Below, one piece after another: positions 51,049 through 57,777 of a DNA stretch of 64,000 nt (position 1 is the stretch's first letter; each line of letters begins with the position of its first letter). The stretch is from NCBI GenBank assembly GCA_030695205.1, contig JAUYTN010000040.1:18426-82425 (forward strand), read 5' to 3'. Under the pieces are notes generated by a model. The model searched no databases and was not told where the DNA came from. It saw only the letters and a list, made by a program, of their open reading frames with translations. Position numbers and translations under genes: made by a program. Origin of the DNA: Burkholderiaceae bacterium (lineage in GTDB: Bacteria; Pseudomonadota; Gammaproteobacteria; Burkholderiales; Burkholderiaceae_C).

Positions 51049-51224
51049 TGTATCAATGTCTCGATTGTTCCGCCTTCTTCGATGTTCCTTCTGAGGTCAC
51101 CGAAGAAATGATTATCGAACACGCTCAAGCTGGCGGTTTTTCTGGTGAGGACGTCGATTTGTCCCGTGTCGGTGAGGACATTTGCCCTGAATGTGGCAGT
51201 GGTTCCATCGATGAAATCGCATAG
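51048..51224 (+). CDS. zinc-ribbon small protein (58 aa)
   Basis: Not in the ORF track (<60 aa). MYQCLDCSAFF...DICPECGSGSIDEIA carries CxxC...CPxCG like FmdB-type zinc ribbons. Same strand as, and coupled to, the neighbouring phage genes. Confidence 0.6.
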   Translation: MYQCLDCSAFFDVPSEVTEEMIIEHAQAGGFSGEDVDLSRVGEDICPECGSGSIDEIA

Positions 51225-51287
51225 AAATTGCAACGGATAACCAAATTCTCGAATTTGGTTTTTCGGTGTAATTTCGCACCATTTCAC

Positions 51288-51536
51288 ATGAAAGCTTCAG
51301 AAATGAATAAGTTTTTCGCTCGCCAAGCTGCCCGCGCAGCGCTCGTGAAGTTCGGCACCGTTGGTGCTGTGTTGTCCGGCCTGGGCATGTCTGCTCATGC
51401 TGCCCTGCCCACGGAAGTCACCACCGCCATCACCACCGCAGGTGATGACATGGTTGCCGCTGTCACGGCCATCATCGTCGCCTTTGTGGCCTTCTGGGGC
51501 CTGAAGAAACTGGGTCAAAAACTCGGCTGGATTTAA
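51288..51536 (+). CDS. inovirus major coat protein (pVIII-like) precursor
   Basis: Signal peptide ending AHA. Mature part of about 44 aa has an acidic N-terminus (ALPTEVTTAITTAGDDM), a hydrophobic core (VAAVTAIIVAFVAFWGL) and a basic C-terminus (KKLGQKLGWI). Alternative start at 51303. Confidence 0.85.
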   Translation: MKASEMNKFFARQAARAALVKFGTVGAVLSGLGMSAHAALPTEVTTAITTAGDDMVAAVTAIIVAFVAFWGLKKLGQKLGWI

Positions 51537-51563
51537 TTCCTTCAAGCGCCCAACGACTTAAAC

Positions 51564-51588
51564 AAGGGGGTTACGTGCCCCCTTTTTT
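51564..51588 (+). terminator. rho-independent terminator after the coat gene
   Basis: GGGGG-ttacgtg-CCCCC followed by TTTTTT. This is the classical position after gene VIII. Confidence 0.8.
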
Positions 51589-51600
51589 ATTGGAGCCGCT

Positions 51601-51879
51601 ATGGCTGATATGTATTTGATTGGTTGTACCACTCCCCCCAATCTTTCCGGCACTTCGTTGGCTGCTCAGTGTCCGATTGCTAATCGTCGGGCCTTCCTGG
51701 TGGACAGTGCAAAACTCGAAGCTGCGAACCTCCAGCTTGAGTTAATCCCGTCATCTATTGAGTCTGAGCGTATTCAGGACATGGCCCAATTGTTCGGCCT
51801 GATGGTGTTAGTCCTGGTTGGTGTTTGGGGTGCTAAGCAACTGCTTAGGATATTTTCCGACGACACCACCAAGGATTAA
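51601..51879 (+). CDS. phage hypothetical protein with C-terminal TM segment
   Basis: 92 aa. TM segment LFGLMVLVLVGVWGA. Confidence 0.5.
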   Translation: MADMYLIGCTTPPNLSGTSLAAQCPIANRRAFLVDSAKLEAANLQLELIPSSIESERIQDMAQLFGLMVLVLVGVWGAKQLLRIFSDDTTKD

Positions 51880-51882
51880 AAA

Positions 51883-51951
51883 ATGCCATTGCCGCTTGAA
51901 TACCTTTTTGCCGCCTGCCTGTTCCTCATTCTTTGGGTGGCGTTCAAATGA
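51883..51951 (+). CDS. tiny hydrophobic ORF (22 aa)
   Basis: MPLPLEYLFAACLFLILWVAFK. Its stop overlaps the ATG of the pIII-like gene (ATGA). Confidence 0.3.
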   Translation: MPLPLEYLFAACLFLILWVAFK

Positions 51952-53393
51952 CACCATTTCTGTTTGTCGCCCTGCTCCTGGCATCAACTGGTGCATTTGC
52001 GCAGTCTCAAGGATCAACCCGCTTTGGTTCCGTCCCCCGCGAAGTGTTTCGGCCTATCCCTGGTGGTTATGAAATGCGCCAGGGTGGGTTTACCCCAAAC
52101 CTGACAAACGTCCCTCAACCCCTATCAATGGCTCAGGGCATCAAGGGGCGCGGTGCCTTCACCGGTGGTAAGCATTTCCGCATTGATGGCACAGGCGGCA
52201 TGAAATCCTACGACATGGGCGGTATTTTTGATATGCCTGTTCCAGGTACAAAGCAAACCGCCCCCGTTCAGGTGATCACAAAGAACATCCCAAAAAAGAA
52301 CGTCGCCAAAGCTGTTTTTAATGCCTTGCCCGTTATTGGCACTGCTGTTGCAGTATTGGAAATTGCCCACATTCTTGCGACAGAATGGGATTCCCGTGAC
52401 CCTGAGGGTTTCCAGCAGGACGGGCCAGCAGTTGTTGACCCTGTTGACAAATCAATTACCCGCATGAAAACTGAGTCTTATTGGGACTATGCTGGCCAAC
52501 GCTATTCTTCTCCAAGCGCTGCCTGTGCTTCCGTGTCCGATTATCAAGGCACGTCAATTGGTGCCATTGCTGTCTACGTAGCGTCACACCTTTATGATTG
52601 CCAGATTCCGTCCGGTTCTGTTGGTCAAACTGTCAAGGTAGAGCCGCCACCAGTTAAGCGGCCTATTCCTGCTGATATTTTGGATGAGATAGCCGATGAT
52701 ATGCCCGAGAACTTAGAGCCATTGGTCGATGATGCATTTGAGCAGGGCCACAATAAACCCGGCTTTGCAATTGATATCCCCAACGACTTGCCCAAAGAAT
52801 CTAGCGGACCTGCCACTACATCACCCAAAACCGAAACAGTGAACAAGCCGGACGGGTCAAAAGTAGAGACAACTACAACAACTGATTTCACATATCAGGG
52901 CGATAAAGTCAAAATTGATCAACGGAAAAAAACCGTTTACATCGATCCCAACGGCCTCGAAACACCCGGCGATGACATAACCGTCACGGGTGAAACCCCT
53001 GACCCCGTGGCCAGTGATCCCACCAGTCCGGGCACCGAAGATGCTCCAGCTGATCCATCCGTGCCGGACCCCAACCAGGACCCCAACAAAGAGCCCACAG
53101 AAATTGACCTCGATATCTGCAAGCTCAACCCCGATATCCTGGCGTGCAAAAAACTTGATTCCCCAGAAGAGGGAGAAATCCCCAAGGAGGATAGAGATAT
53201 CACCCTCCAGACTGGGCCAACGTTCGGCGGTGGTGCCTGCATCCCTAACGTTACCGTTCAGGTGTTCGGGACCACCATCACCGCTCTGAATTTCACCGAG
53301 CCCTGCCGCTGGCTCTCTGACTACCTCAAGCCCCTGTTGCTGCTCATGGCATCCATTAGTGCGGTGTTCATCGTCCTTCCTCGGGAGTCCTAA
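51948..53393 (+). CDS. minor coat / adsorption protein (pIII-like)
   Basis: ATG at 51948 gives the signal peptide MTPFLFVALLLASTGAFA. Contains a Pro/Asp/Thr-rich linker and a C-terminal membrane anchor LLLLMASISAVFIVL. Its position before the pVI-like and pI-like genes fits. Confidence 0.65.
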   Translation: MTPFLFVALLLASTGAFAQSQGSTRFGSVPREVFRPIPGGYEMRQGGFTPNLTNVPQPLSMAQGIKGRGAFTGGKHFRIDGTGGMKSYDMGGIFDMPVPGTKQTAPVQVITKNIPKKNVAKAVFNALPVIGTAVAVLEIAHILATEWDSRDPEGFQQDGPAVVDPVDKSITRMKTESYWDYAGQRYSSPSAACASVSDYQGTSIGAIAVYVASHLYDCQIPSGSVGQTVKVEPPPVKRPIPADILDEIADDMPENLEPLVDDAFEQGHNKPGFAIDIPNDLPKESSGPATTSPKTETVNKPDGSKVETTTTTDFTYQGDKVKIDQRKKTVYIDPNGLETPGDDITVTGETPDPVASDPTSPGTEDAPADPSVPDPNQDPNKEPTEIDLDICKLNPDILACKKLDSPEEGEIPKEDRDITLQTGPTFGGGACIPNVTVQVFGTTITALNFTEPCRWLSDYLKPLLLLMASISAVFIVLPRES

Positions 53394-53395
53394 AA

Positions 53396-53680
53396 ATGGG
53401 CGTTGGTGCTTTCCTCCTGGCTCTTGTGCAGCCCATCCTCTCCCGCATCTTGATTGCTCTGGGCTTCTCCGTTGTGACCTTCGTTGGCATGGACCTTGTT
53501 ATTCAGCAGCTGGTGGATTACGCGGTCAGTGCCTGGGGTGGCCTGCCTGGGAACATCCTTGCCCTAGCTGGCCTTGCTGGAGTCGGTGAGGCTCTTTCCA
53601 TCATCATGGGTGCAGTCCTTACCCGTTTGCTCATTTGGCAGCTCACCAAGTCTGTCAAGCTGATGGGGGTCAATACATGA
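53396..53680 (+). CDS. minor coat protein pVI-like (DUF2523-type membrane protein)
   Basis: 94 aa with three hydrophobic segments. Its stop overlaps the Zot-like ATG. Confidence 0.6.
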   Translation: MGVGAFLLALVQPILSRILIALGFSVVTFVGMDLVIQQLVDYAVSAWGGLPGNILALAGLAGVGEALSIIMGAVLTRLLIWQLTKSVKLMGVNT

Positions 53681-54795
53681 TTACCATCATCACGGGCACA
53701 CCCGGTGCGGGCAAAACCCTCTACAGCATCTCCAAGCTCGTCAAGGGCGTATTGGGAACCACCGTCAAGCGCACCAAAGACGATGGCACGACCGAAGAGA
53801 TACCCCGGCGCATCGTCACCAACATCAATGGCCTGTTGCTTGACCACGAGCTGATAGACGATGGTCCCGAGCATGGGCTAAATGGGTGGTTCAAGTGGTG
53901 CAAGCCCGGCGATTTCATCGTGTTTGATGAGGTTCAAAAACCTTGGCCTCCCCGTGCTGCTGGCTCTAAGGTGCCCGACTACATATCGGAGCTTGAGACC
54001 CACAGACACAAGGGCGTGGACTTCGTGTTGATCACGCAAAACCCCATGCTCATTGATCGCAACGTAACCGCCCTAGCAGGCCGGCACGTTCACGTTCGGC
54101 GCTTCGGGTCCATCGGCGCGGCTATCGTCTATGAGTGGGACCACTGCAGCCGATCCCTCCTCTATTCCAAGGCACTGGCCAAATCCACCTGGAAATACGA
54201 CAAAAGCGTTTTCAAGCTCTACAAGTCGTCGGAGCTCCACACCAAACCACAAACCCGAGTCCCCCCCCTCGTGTTCGTCGTTGTCCTGGCCCTGGCGGCG
54301 GGTGCGTATCTCATACCCTCCACCATGTCCAGGATTGCCGAGAAATCAGATCCTGGTCAACCCGGCGACCTTTCACAATCACCAGCTGGCCCCGGCTCCC
54401 CAGCTCGACCAGGACAACCAGGACAACCAGCGGCCAACGTGCACGCATTGGCACGTGTCCCCGGCCCATCTGACAATGAGGCCACCAACGGACCCATGTT
54501 GGATGACCTCATCCTTACGGGTGTACTGTCTGCAGCCCAAAACCTCGCCATCTTCCAATGGGTTCCCAACGGTCTACCCCGGTACACCTTCACGCCCAGC
54601 CAGCTGCAGCGCTGGGGAATGGTCGTCAGGGTCTATGCTGACTGCCGCGCTGAGCTGACTGACGAACATGGCCGAAAGCGGCATTTCGGTTGCATGCCCG
54701 GTGTTCCTGTTGACACCCTCCCCCCTGCTCTCACTGGCCCAGCTGGTGATGACTCACAAACCGAGCGCAGCCGCCCTTTCAATGGGTCCGTGTGA
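53677..54795 (+). CDS. Zot / pI-like phage assembly ATPase
   Basis: ATG at 53677. Walker A GTPGAGKT, Walker B IVFDEVQ, HRHKGVDFVLITQNP, a central TM segment (LVFVVVLALAAGAYLI) and a periplasmic C-domain. Confidence 0.9.
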   Translation: MITIITGTPGAGKTLYSISKLVKGVLGTTVKRTKDDGTTEEIPRRIVTNINGLLLDHELIDDGPEHGLNGWFKWCKPGDFIVFDEVQKPWPPRAAGSKVPDYISELETHRHKGVDFVLITQNPMLIDRNVTALAGRHVHVRRFGSIGAAIVYEWDHCSRSLLYSKALAKSTWKYDKSVFKLYKSSELHTKPQTRVPPLVFVVVLALAAGAYLIPSTMSRIAEKSDPGQPGDLSQSPAGPGSPARPGQPGQPAANVHALARVPGPSDNEATNGPMLDDLILTGVLSAAQNLAIFQWVPNGLPRYTFTPSQLQRWGMVVRVYADCRAELTDEHGRKRHFGCMPGVPVDTLPPALTGPAGDDSQTERSRPFNGSV

Positions 54796-54843
54796 ACTCT
54801 TGGTGTAACTGTATTGATTTTGTAACGATCTGATTAAATCTTT

Positions 54844-54873
54844 TCGCTACAGAAAAAATACAGTTCAACCAGG
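54844..54873. repeat. 30 bp direct repeat, copy 1 (TCGCTACAGAAAAAATACAGTTCAACCAGG)
   Basis: Matches 55350-55379 at 28 of 30 positions. Overlaps the stop codon of the KfrA_N-like gene. Confidence 0.85.
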
Positions 54874-55278
54874 AGTCAGCCACCCGAAAACCTTTGCTGC
54901 TTTCGTCCATGCCTCTACTGCGTCCGCTGGGTCGTAGTGGGGACGTGCTTTCGGTTTCCCGTCTTTGACGTAAGTCGCCAGCAGTGGCCGAACGGCTGCG
55001 CGTAGTTCTTCGTTTTCTGCCCGCGCCTTTTCGGTTGCTGCTTTTGCTGCTGCCAGCATGTAGCCCATGATTTCCAGCTGGCTGCGCAGGTTCTCCAGTT
55101 GCTTCTCTGCCGTGTTTTCGACGGTCTGCTGCTGGTCCTGCCACACTTTGATCATCGGTCCTATTGTTGAAAATGACCCCGTTCCCGCCTCTTCGCGGAC
55201 TGCGGCTAGCGTCGGCTTTTTGCCTGCTGCTTTCAGGTTGTCACAAATCCGATTGACTTGATGCTGCTTGATTGCCAT
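54865..55278 (-). CDS. KfrA_N-like DNA-binding protein (possible second phage regulator)
   Basis: N-terminus VNRICDNLKAAGKKPTLAAVREEAGTGSFSTIGPMIKVWQDQQ matches the plasmid KfrA N-terminal DNA-binding pattern. Coiled-coil-like centre. Confidence 0.7.
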   Translation of the reverse strand: MAIKQHQVNRICDNLKAAGKKPTLAAVREEAGTGSFSTIGPMIKVWQDQQQTVENTAEKQLENLRSQLEIMGYMLAAAKAATEKARAENEELRAAVRPLLATYVKDGKPKARPHYDPADAVEAWTKAAKVFGWLTPG

Positions 55279-55349
55279 GGTGCTATCTCCTGGTAGAACT
55301 GTAGTGCCAATGTAGTAAATTATACTACAGAAACGCTACACCATATCAA

Positions 55350-55379
55350 TCGCTACAGAAAAAATACACTTTAACCAGG
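55350..55379. repeat. 30 bp direct repeat, copy 2 (TCGCTACAGAAAAAATACACTTTAACCAGG)
   Basis: Lies in the promoter region of the KfrA_N-like gene, next to clustered CTACAG/CTGTAG motifs (55296-55360). Confidence 0.85.
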
Positions 55380-55404
55380 TATTTTGGCGGCGTCCTGGTA
55401 TGCC

Positions 55405-55427
55405 GGGGGGGATGGGGGGATGGGGGG
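55405..55427 (+). repeat. G-tract GGGGGGG-AT-GGGGGG-AT-GGGGGG
   Basis: Read directly. The partly complementary C-tract CCCCCCACCCCCTCCCC is at 55499-55515. A small hairpin ATGGGGG-gaa-CCCCCAT is at 55420-55436. Confidence 0.8.
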
Positions 55428-55611
55428 AACCCCCATGGTGAACCGGACGTTTCGCCCTCCAGCCCTGCCACTTGGCGAAGTTCTGCCCCCGGATCAAGCC
55501 CCCCACCCCCTCCCCTTTTGATAAACAAACGGCGCACCCCCTGCCCACCCATCACCGGAGCGCGTGCCCCCGCATTGCGTTAGGGATCGTTAGTCGCGCA
55601 AGCGATGGAGA

Positions 55612-55637
55612 CAACCCCCACCCACTGCGCGGGGTGG
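55612..55637. repeat. 26 bp inverted repeat, left arm (CAACCCCCACCCACTGCGCGGGGTGG)
   Basis: Perfect reverse complement of 55968-55993. The match extends to 34 bp with 2 mismatches. Each arm also folds on itself (CACCCAC/GTGGGTG). Confidence 0.9.
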
Positions 55638-55664
55638 GTGCGCCCGGACGTAAGGGGCACCAAT

Positions 55665-55719
55665 CCCGCAATGACTGAGAGACAAGATGTGCAGTGCCCC
55701 GGAATGACCGATTGACATG
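55665..55719. repeat. 55 bp direct repeat, copy 1, containing two GCCCCGGAATGAC-type iterons
   Basis: Matches 55885-55939 with 2 mismatches. The internal 13-mers are about 31 bp apart. Confidence 0.9.
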
Positions 55720-55778
55720 ATGTGCAGCGCCCCGGCCTGCCCCCCGTAGTCGGTGCGCTGCCCCGACGAACCCCGGAG

Positions 55779-55832
55779 CGATTGCCCCCAGCTGGGGCTG
55801 CGGCGGAGCCCGGCCACGGCTGGGGGCAATCG
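55779..55832. repeat. central hairpin with 14 bp perfect stem CGATTGCCCCCAGC / GCTGGGGGCAATCG and a 26 nt loop
   Basis: Read directly. Lies midway between the 26 bp inverted repeats. Confidence 0.9.
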
Positions 55833-55884
55833 TGGAGTGTGAGGACTGCAGCGCCCCCGGCGTAGGGTGCAGGCCGTGCCCTGC

Positions 55885-55939
55885 CCCGGAATGACTGAGA
55901 GACAAGATGTGCAATGCCCCGGAATGACCGATTGACATG
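55885..55939. repeat. 55 bp direct repeat, copy 2
   Basis: See copy 1. Same orientation as copy 1 although the flanking 26 bp repeats are inverted. Confidence 0.9.
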
Positions 55940-55967
55940 GAGGGATTGGGGCACCTTTCGCCAGCAT

Positions 55968-55993
55968 CCACCCCGCGCAGTGGGTGGGGGTTG
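55968..55993. repeat. 26 bp inverted repeat, right arm (CCACCCCGCGCAGTGGGTGGGGGTTG)
   Basis: Perfect reverse complement of 55612-55637. About 90 bp upstream of the ORF starting at 56082. Confidence 0.9.
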
Positions 55994-56081
55994 GCTCCAC
56001 CGTAGGCCAGAGCCCGGTTTTTGCGCAGCAAAAAAACGCCCAAAACCTTTGCTATCCTCAAAAACACAGGAGGACAACAAC

Positions 56082-56474
56082 ATGGGACTAGAAGACCGCG
56101 ATTGGTACAGAGAAGAACACCGGCAAAAAAGACGAGCCGAATACACGCAACCACCACCCCCACCACCACCCCGAGCCCCACCAGCCAGGCCAACAACACG
56201 AACCACCCGGGCAACTCAGCCTCCCCCCGATTTGTCCGTGTACATCGATGCCTTCGAAAAAGACAAACGTCTCAACTTTTTGAAGTGGTTTCTGTTCTTC
56301 CTCGTGCTCTGTTTTGCCACATACGGCGCCCTCGCCATCGTCCGCGACTTCAAACAAAAAGCAGTCGCCAAACACCAACAAACAGCACCCACACAACAGC
56401 CAAACAAACACATCCAGGAACAACCACCGCCCCAGCCACCACAACCGCAAAAGCCCCAGCCTCGCTACCTTTGA
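56082..56474 (+). CDS. proline-rich single-pass membrane protein, hypothetical
   Basis: ATG at 56082 with a strong AGGAGG Shine-Dalgarno. MGLEDRDWYREEHR N-terminus, PPPPPPP tract, TM segment FLKWFLFFLVLCFATYGALAIV and a Gln/Pro-rich tail. Stops 3 nt before the recombinase ATG. Confidence 0.65.
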   Translation: MGLEDRDWYREEHRQKRRAEYTQPPPPPPPRAPPARPTTRTTRATQPPPDLSVYIDAFEKDKRLNFLKWFLFFLVLCFATYGALAIVRDFKQKAVAKHQQTAPTQQPNKHIQEQPPPQPPQPQKPQPRYL

Positions 56475-56477
56475 ACC

Positions 56478-57095
56478 ATGCTCATCGGTTACGCCAGAGT
56501 CAGCACCACAGACCAGGACACAGCACTCCAACTGGATGCACTCAAGCGAGCGGGTGTAAAAAAAATCTACGCTGAAAGTTGCTCCGGCATCAGCACCAGG
56601 CCACAGCTACAGACACTACTTCACGACATGCCCCCCGGGGCTGTCCTGGTCGTCTGGAAAATTGACCGCATCGCCCGAAGTCTCCCCGACCTCCTGCACA
56701 TCCTGCAGCGGCTCAAGACAAGGCGCGTCGGATTGCGCTCCCTTACCGAGCCTCTCGACACATCCACCCCAATCGGGGAATTCATGCTTCAGATACTCGG
56801 CGCAGTCGCCCAGCTCGAACGAGCCATGATCCGGGAGCGCGTCATAGCCGGACAAGTCGCAGCCATCCAGCGCGGCCAAAGACATGGACGGCCATCGTCC
56901 ATCAACGAAACTCAGAAACTCAAGATTTTGGAAATGTTCGCCGCTGATGCGACACGCTCACACATTGCGCGGGAGCTGGGTGTCAGTCGCTGGGCTGTAT
57001 GCAGGGTGATTGGTCAGGCGCAGGACCCGAACCACCCGAAATATGGCCCACACCGTCCAGTGTTGGGGCCTTTGTTGGACAATCCGAAGAGCTGA
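56478..57095 (+). CDS. small serine recombinase (resolvase/invertase family)
   Basis: MLIGYARVSTTDQ catalytic Ser motif, LVVWKIDRIARS, SLTEPLDTSTPIGEF and a C-terminal HTH (SHIARELGVSRWAVCRV). 205 aa. Confidence 0.92.
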   Translation: MLIGYARVSTTDQDTALQLDALKRAGVKKIYAESCSGISTRPQLQTLLHDMPPGAVLVVWKIDRIARSLPDLLHILQRLKTRRVGLRSLTEPLDTSTPIGEFMLQILGAVAQLERAMIRERVIAGQVAAIQRGQRHGRPSSINETQKLKILEMFAADATRSHIARELGVSRWAVCRVIGQAQDPNHPKYGPHRPVLGPLLDNPKS

Positions 57096-57165
57096 AATAA
57101 CAATTTCACCATACTTCAGGGGCTGCGCCGCTGAACACCGCGCAACCAACCCACGCACCCACACC

Positions 57166-57564
57166 ATGAAACTGCACGCCGACGCTGCCAGCCACACCAC
57201 CGTCCAGGCGCACGGGCCCGGCTGGATCGTGGTTGGGGGCGAGCGCATTGCTCACAGCGTGGCCCTGTCCTCCACTGGCGAGCGCTTCGATTGGCCTGGC
57301 GTCGCGTTCGAAGCGCTGAACGCCACCCATTTCGACGCATTGCTGCGGCTCAACCCCGAGCTGGTGATTTTTGGCAGCGGTACCAAGCACCGGTTCATTC
57401 ACCCGGCGCTGCACGCAAACCTGATGGCCCAGCGGGTGGGGCTTGAAACCATGGATACGGCTGCGGCATGCCGCACCTACAACATCCTCGCTCAAGAGGG
57501 ACGACGCGTAGTAGCCGCCCTGCTGATCGAGTCGCCTGCCGAGCCCACCAGCGCCAAAGGCTGA
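57166..57564 (+). CDS. Mth938-like (DUF498) domain protein
   Basis: ATG at 57166. ELVIFGSGTKHRFIHPAL...MDTAAACRTYNILAQEGRRVVAALL is typical of the family. Confidence 0.8.
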   Translation: MKLHADAASHTTVQAHGPGWIVVGGERIAHSVALSSTGERFDWPGVAFEALNATHFDALLRLNPELVIFGSGTKHRFIHPALHANLMAQRVGLETMDTAAACRTYNILAQEGRRVVAALLIESPAEPTSAKG

Positions 57565-57777
57565 CAGTTAAGGGCATACCAGGTGGCGGCCAGGGGGCGG
57601 GTGACATCCGCCCTGGTGGGTCGAATGTGCTCGCAATCCCGTCCTGACCAGTGGTTCGGTTAAAATACCGGATTGACGTCTGACCACTGGCTGACATCGC
57701 CTCCTGTTCTCGCGGGATGCAACATCCGTGCGACAGGCGTTGCCGCTTACACCAACTTAGGTCAGGGTACCCACAAC

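Larger units (their letters stand above)
48648..57122. mobile_element. integrated filamentous (Inoviridae-type) prophage with small serine recombinase, about 8.5 kb
   Basis: Repressor, pII-like Rep, pV-size ORF, coat protein, pIII-like, pVI-like and Zot/pI gene order, with tight ATGA/TAATG couplings. GC is visibly lower than the flanks across 49.4-55.3 kb. The insert sits between divergent housekeeping genes. Boundaries are approximate. A 7 bp TCAGGGG occurs at both presumptive junctions (48648-48654 and 57116-57122) but is not statistically compelling. Confidence 0.8.

Noticed and set aside
50781-51287. 168 aa minus-strand ORF inside the phage structural module
   Set aside because: It overlaps the pV-like gene by about 180 nt on the opposite strand. 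It also competes with two plus-strand small ORFs that are chained by stop/start overlaps and include a clean zinc-ribbon motif. All other genes in this stretch of the module (rep through the Zot/pI gene) are on the plus strand. It is kept only as an alternative to be tested.
53635-53676. N-terminal extension of the Zot-like ORF in the track
   Set aside because: The P-loop N-terminus MITIITGTPGAGKT starts at the ATG at 53677, which overlaps the upstream stop codon (ATGA). The 14 extra codons overlap the pVI-like gene.
55665-55939. Possible CRISPR-like repeat-spacer structure
   Set aside because: There are only two copies of a 55 bp unit separated by 165 bp, plus internal 13-mers. There is no regular repeat/spacer periodicity and no cas genes.
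55552-56214. Three overlapping minus-strand ORFs (136-220 aa) across the phage GC-rich region
   Set aside because: They are built from the direct and inverted DNA repeats, so the same peptides recur, and they read through G/C homopolymer tracts. They lack start context and overlap each other in different frames. The region is better explained as structured non-coding DNA.
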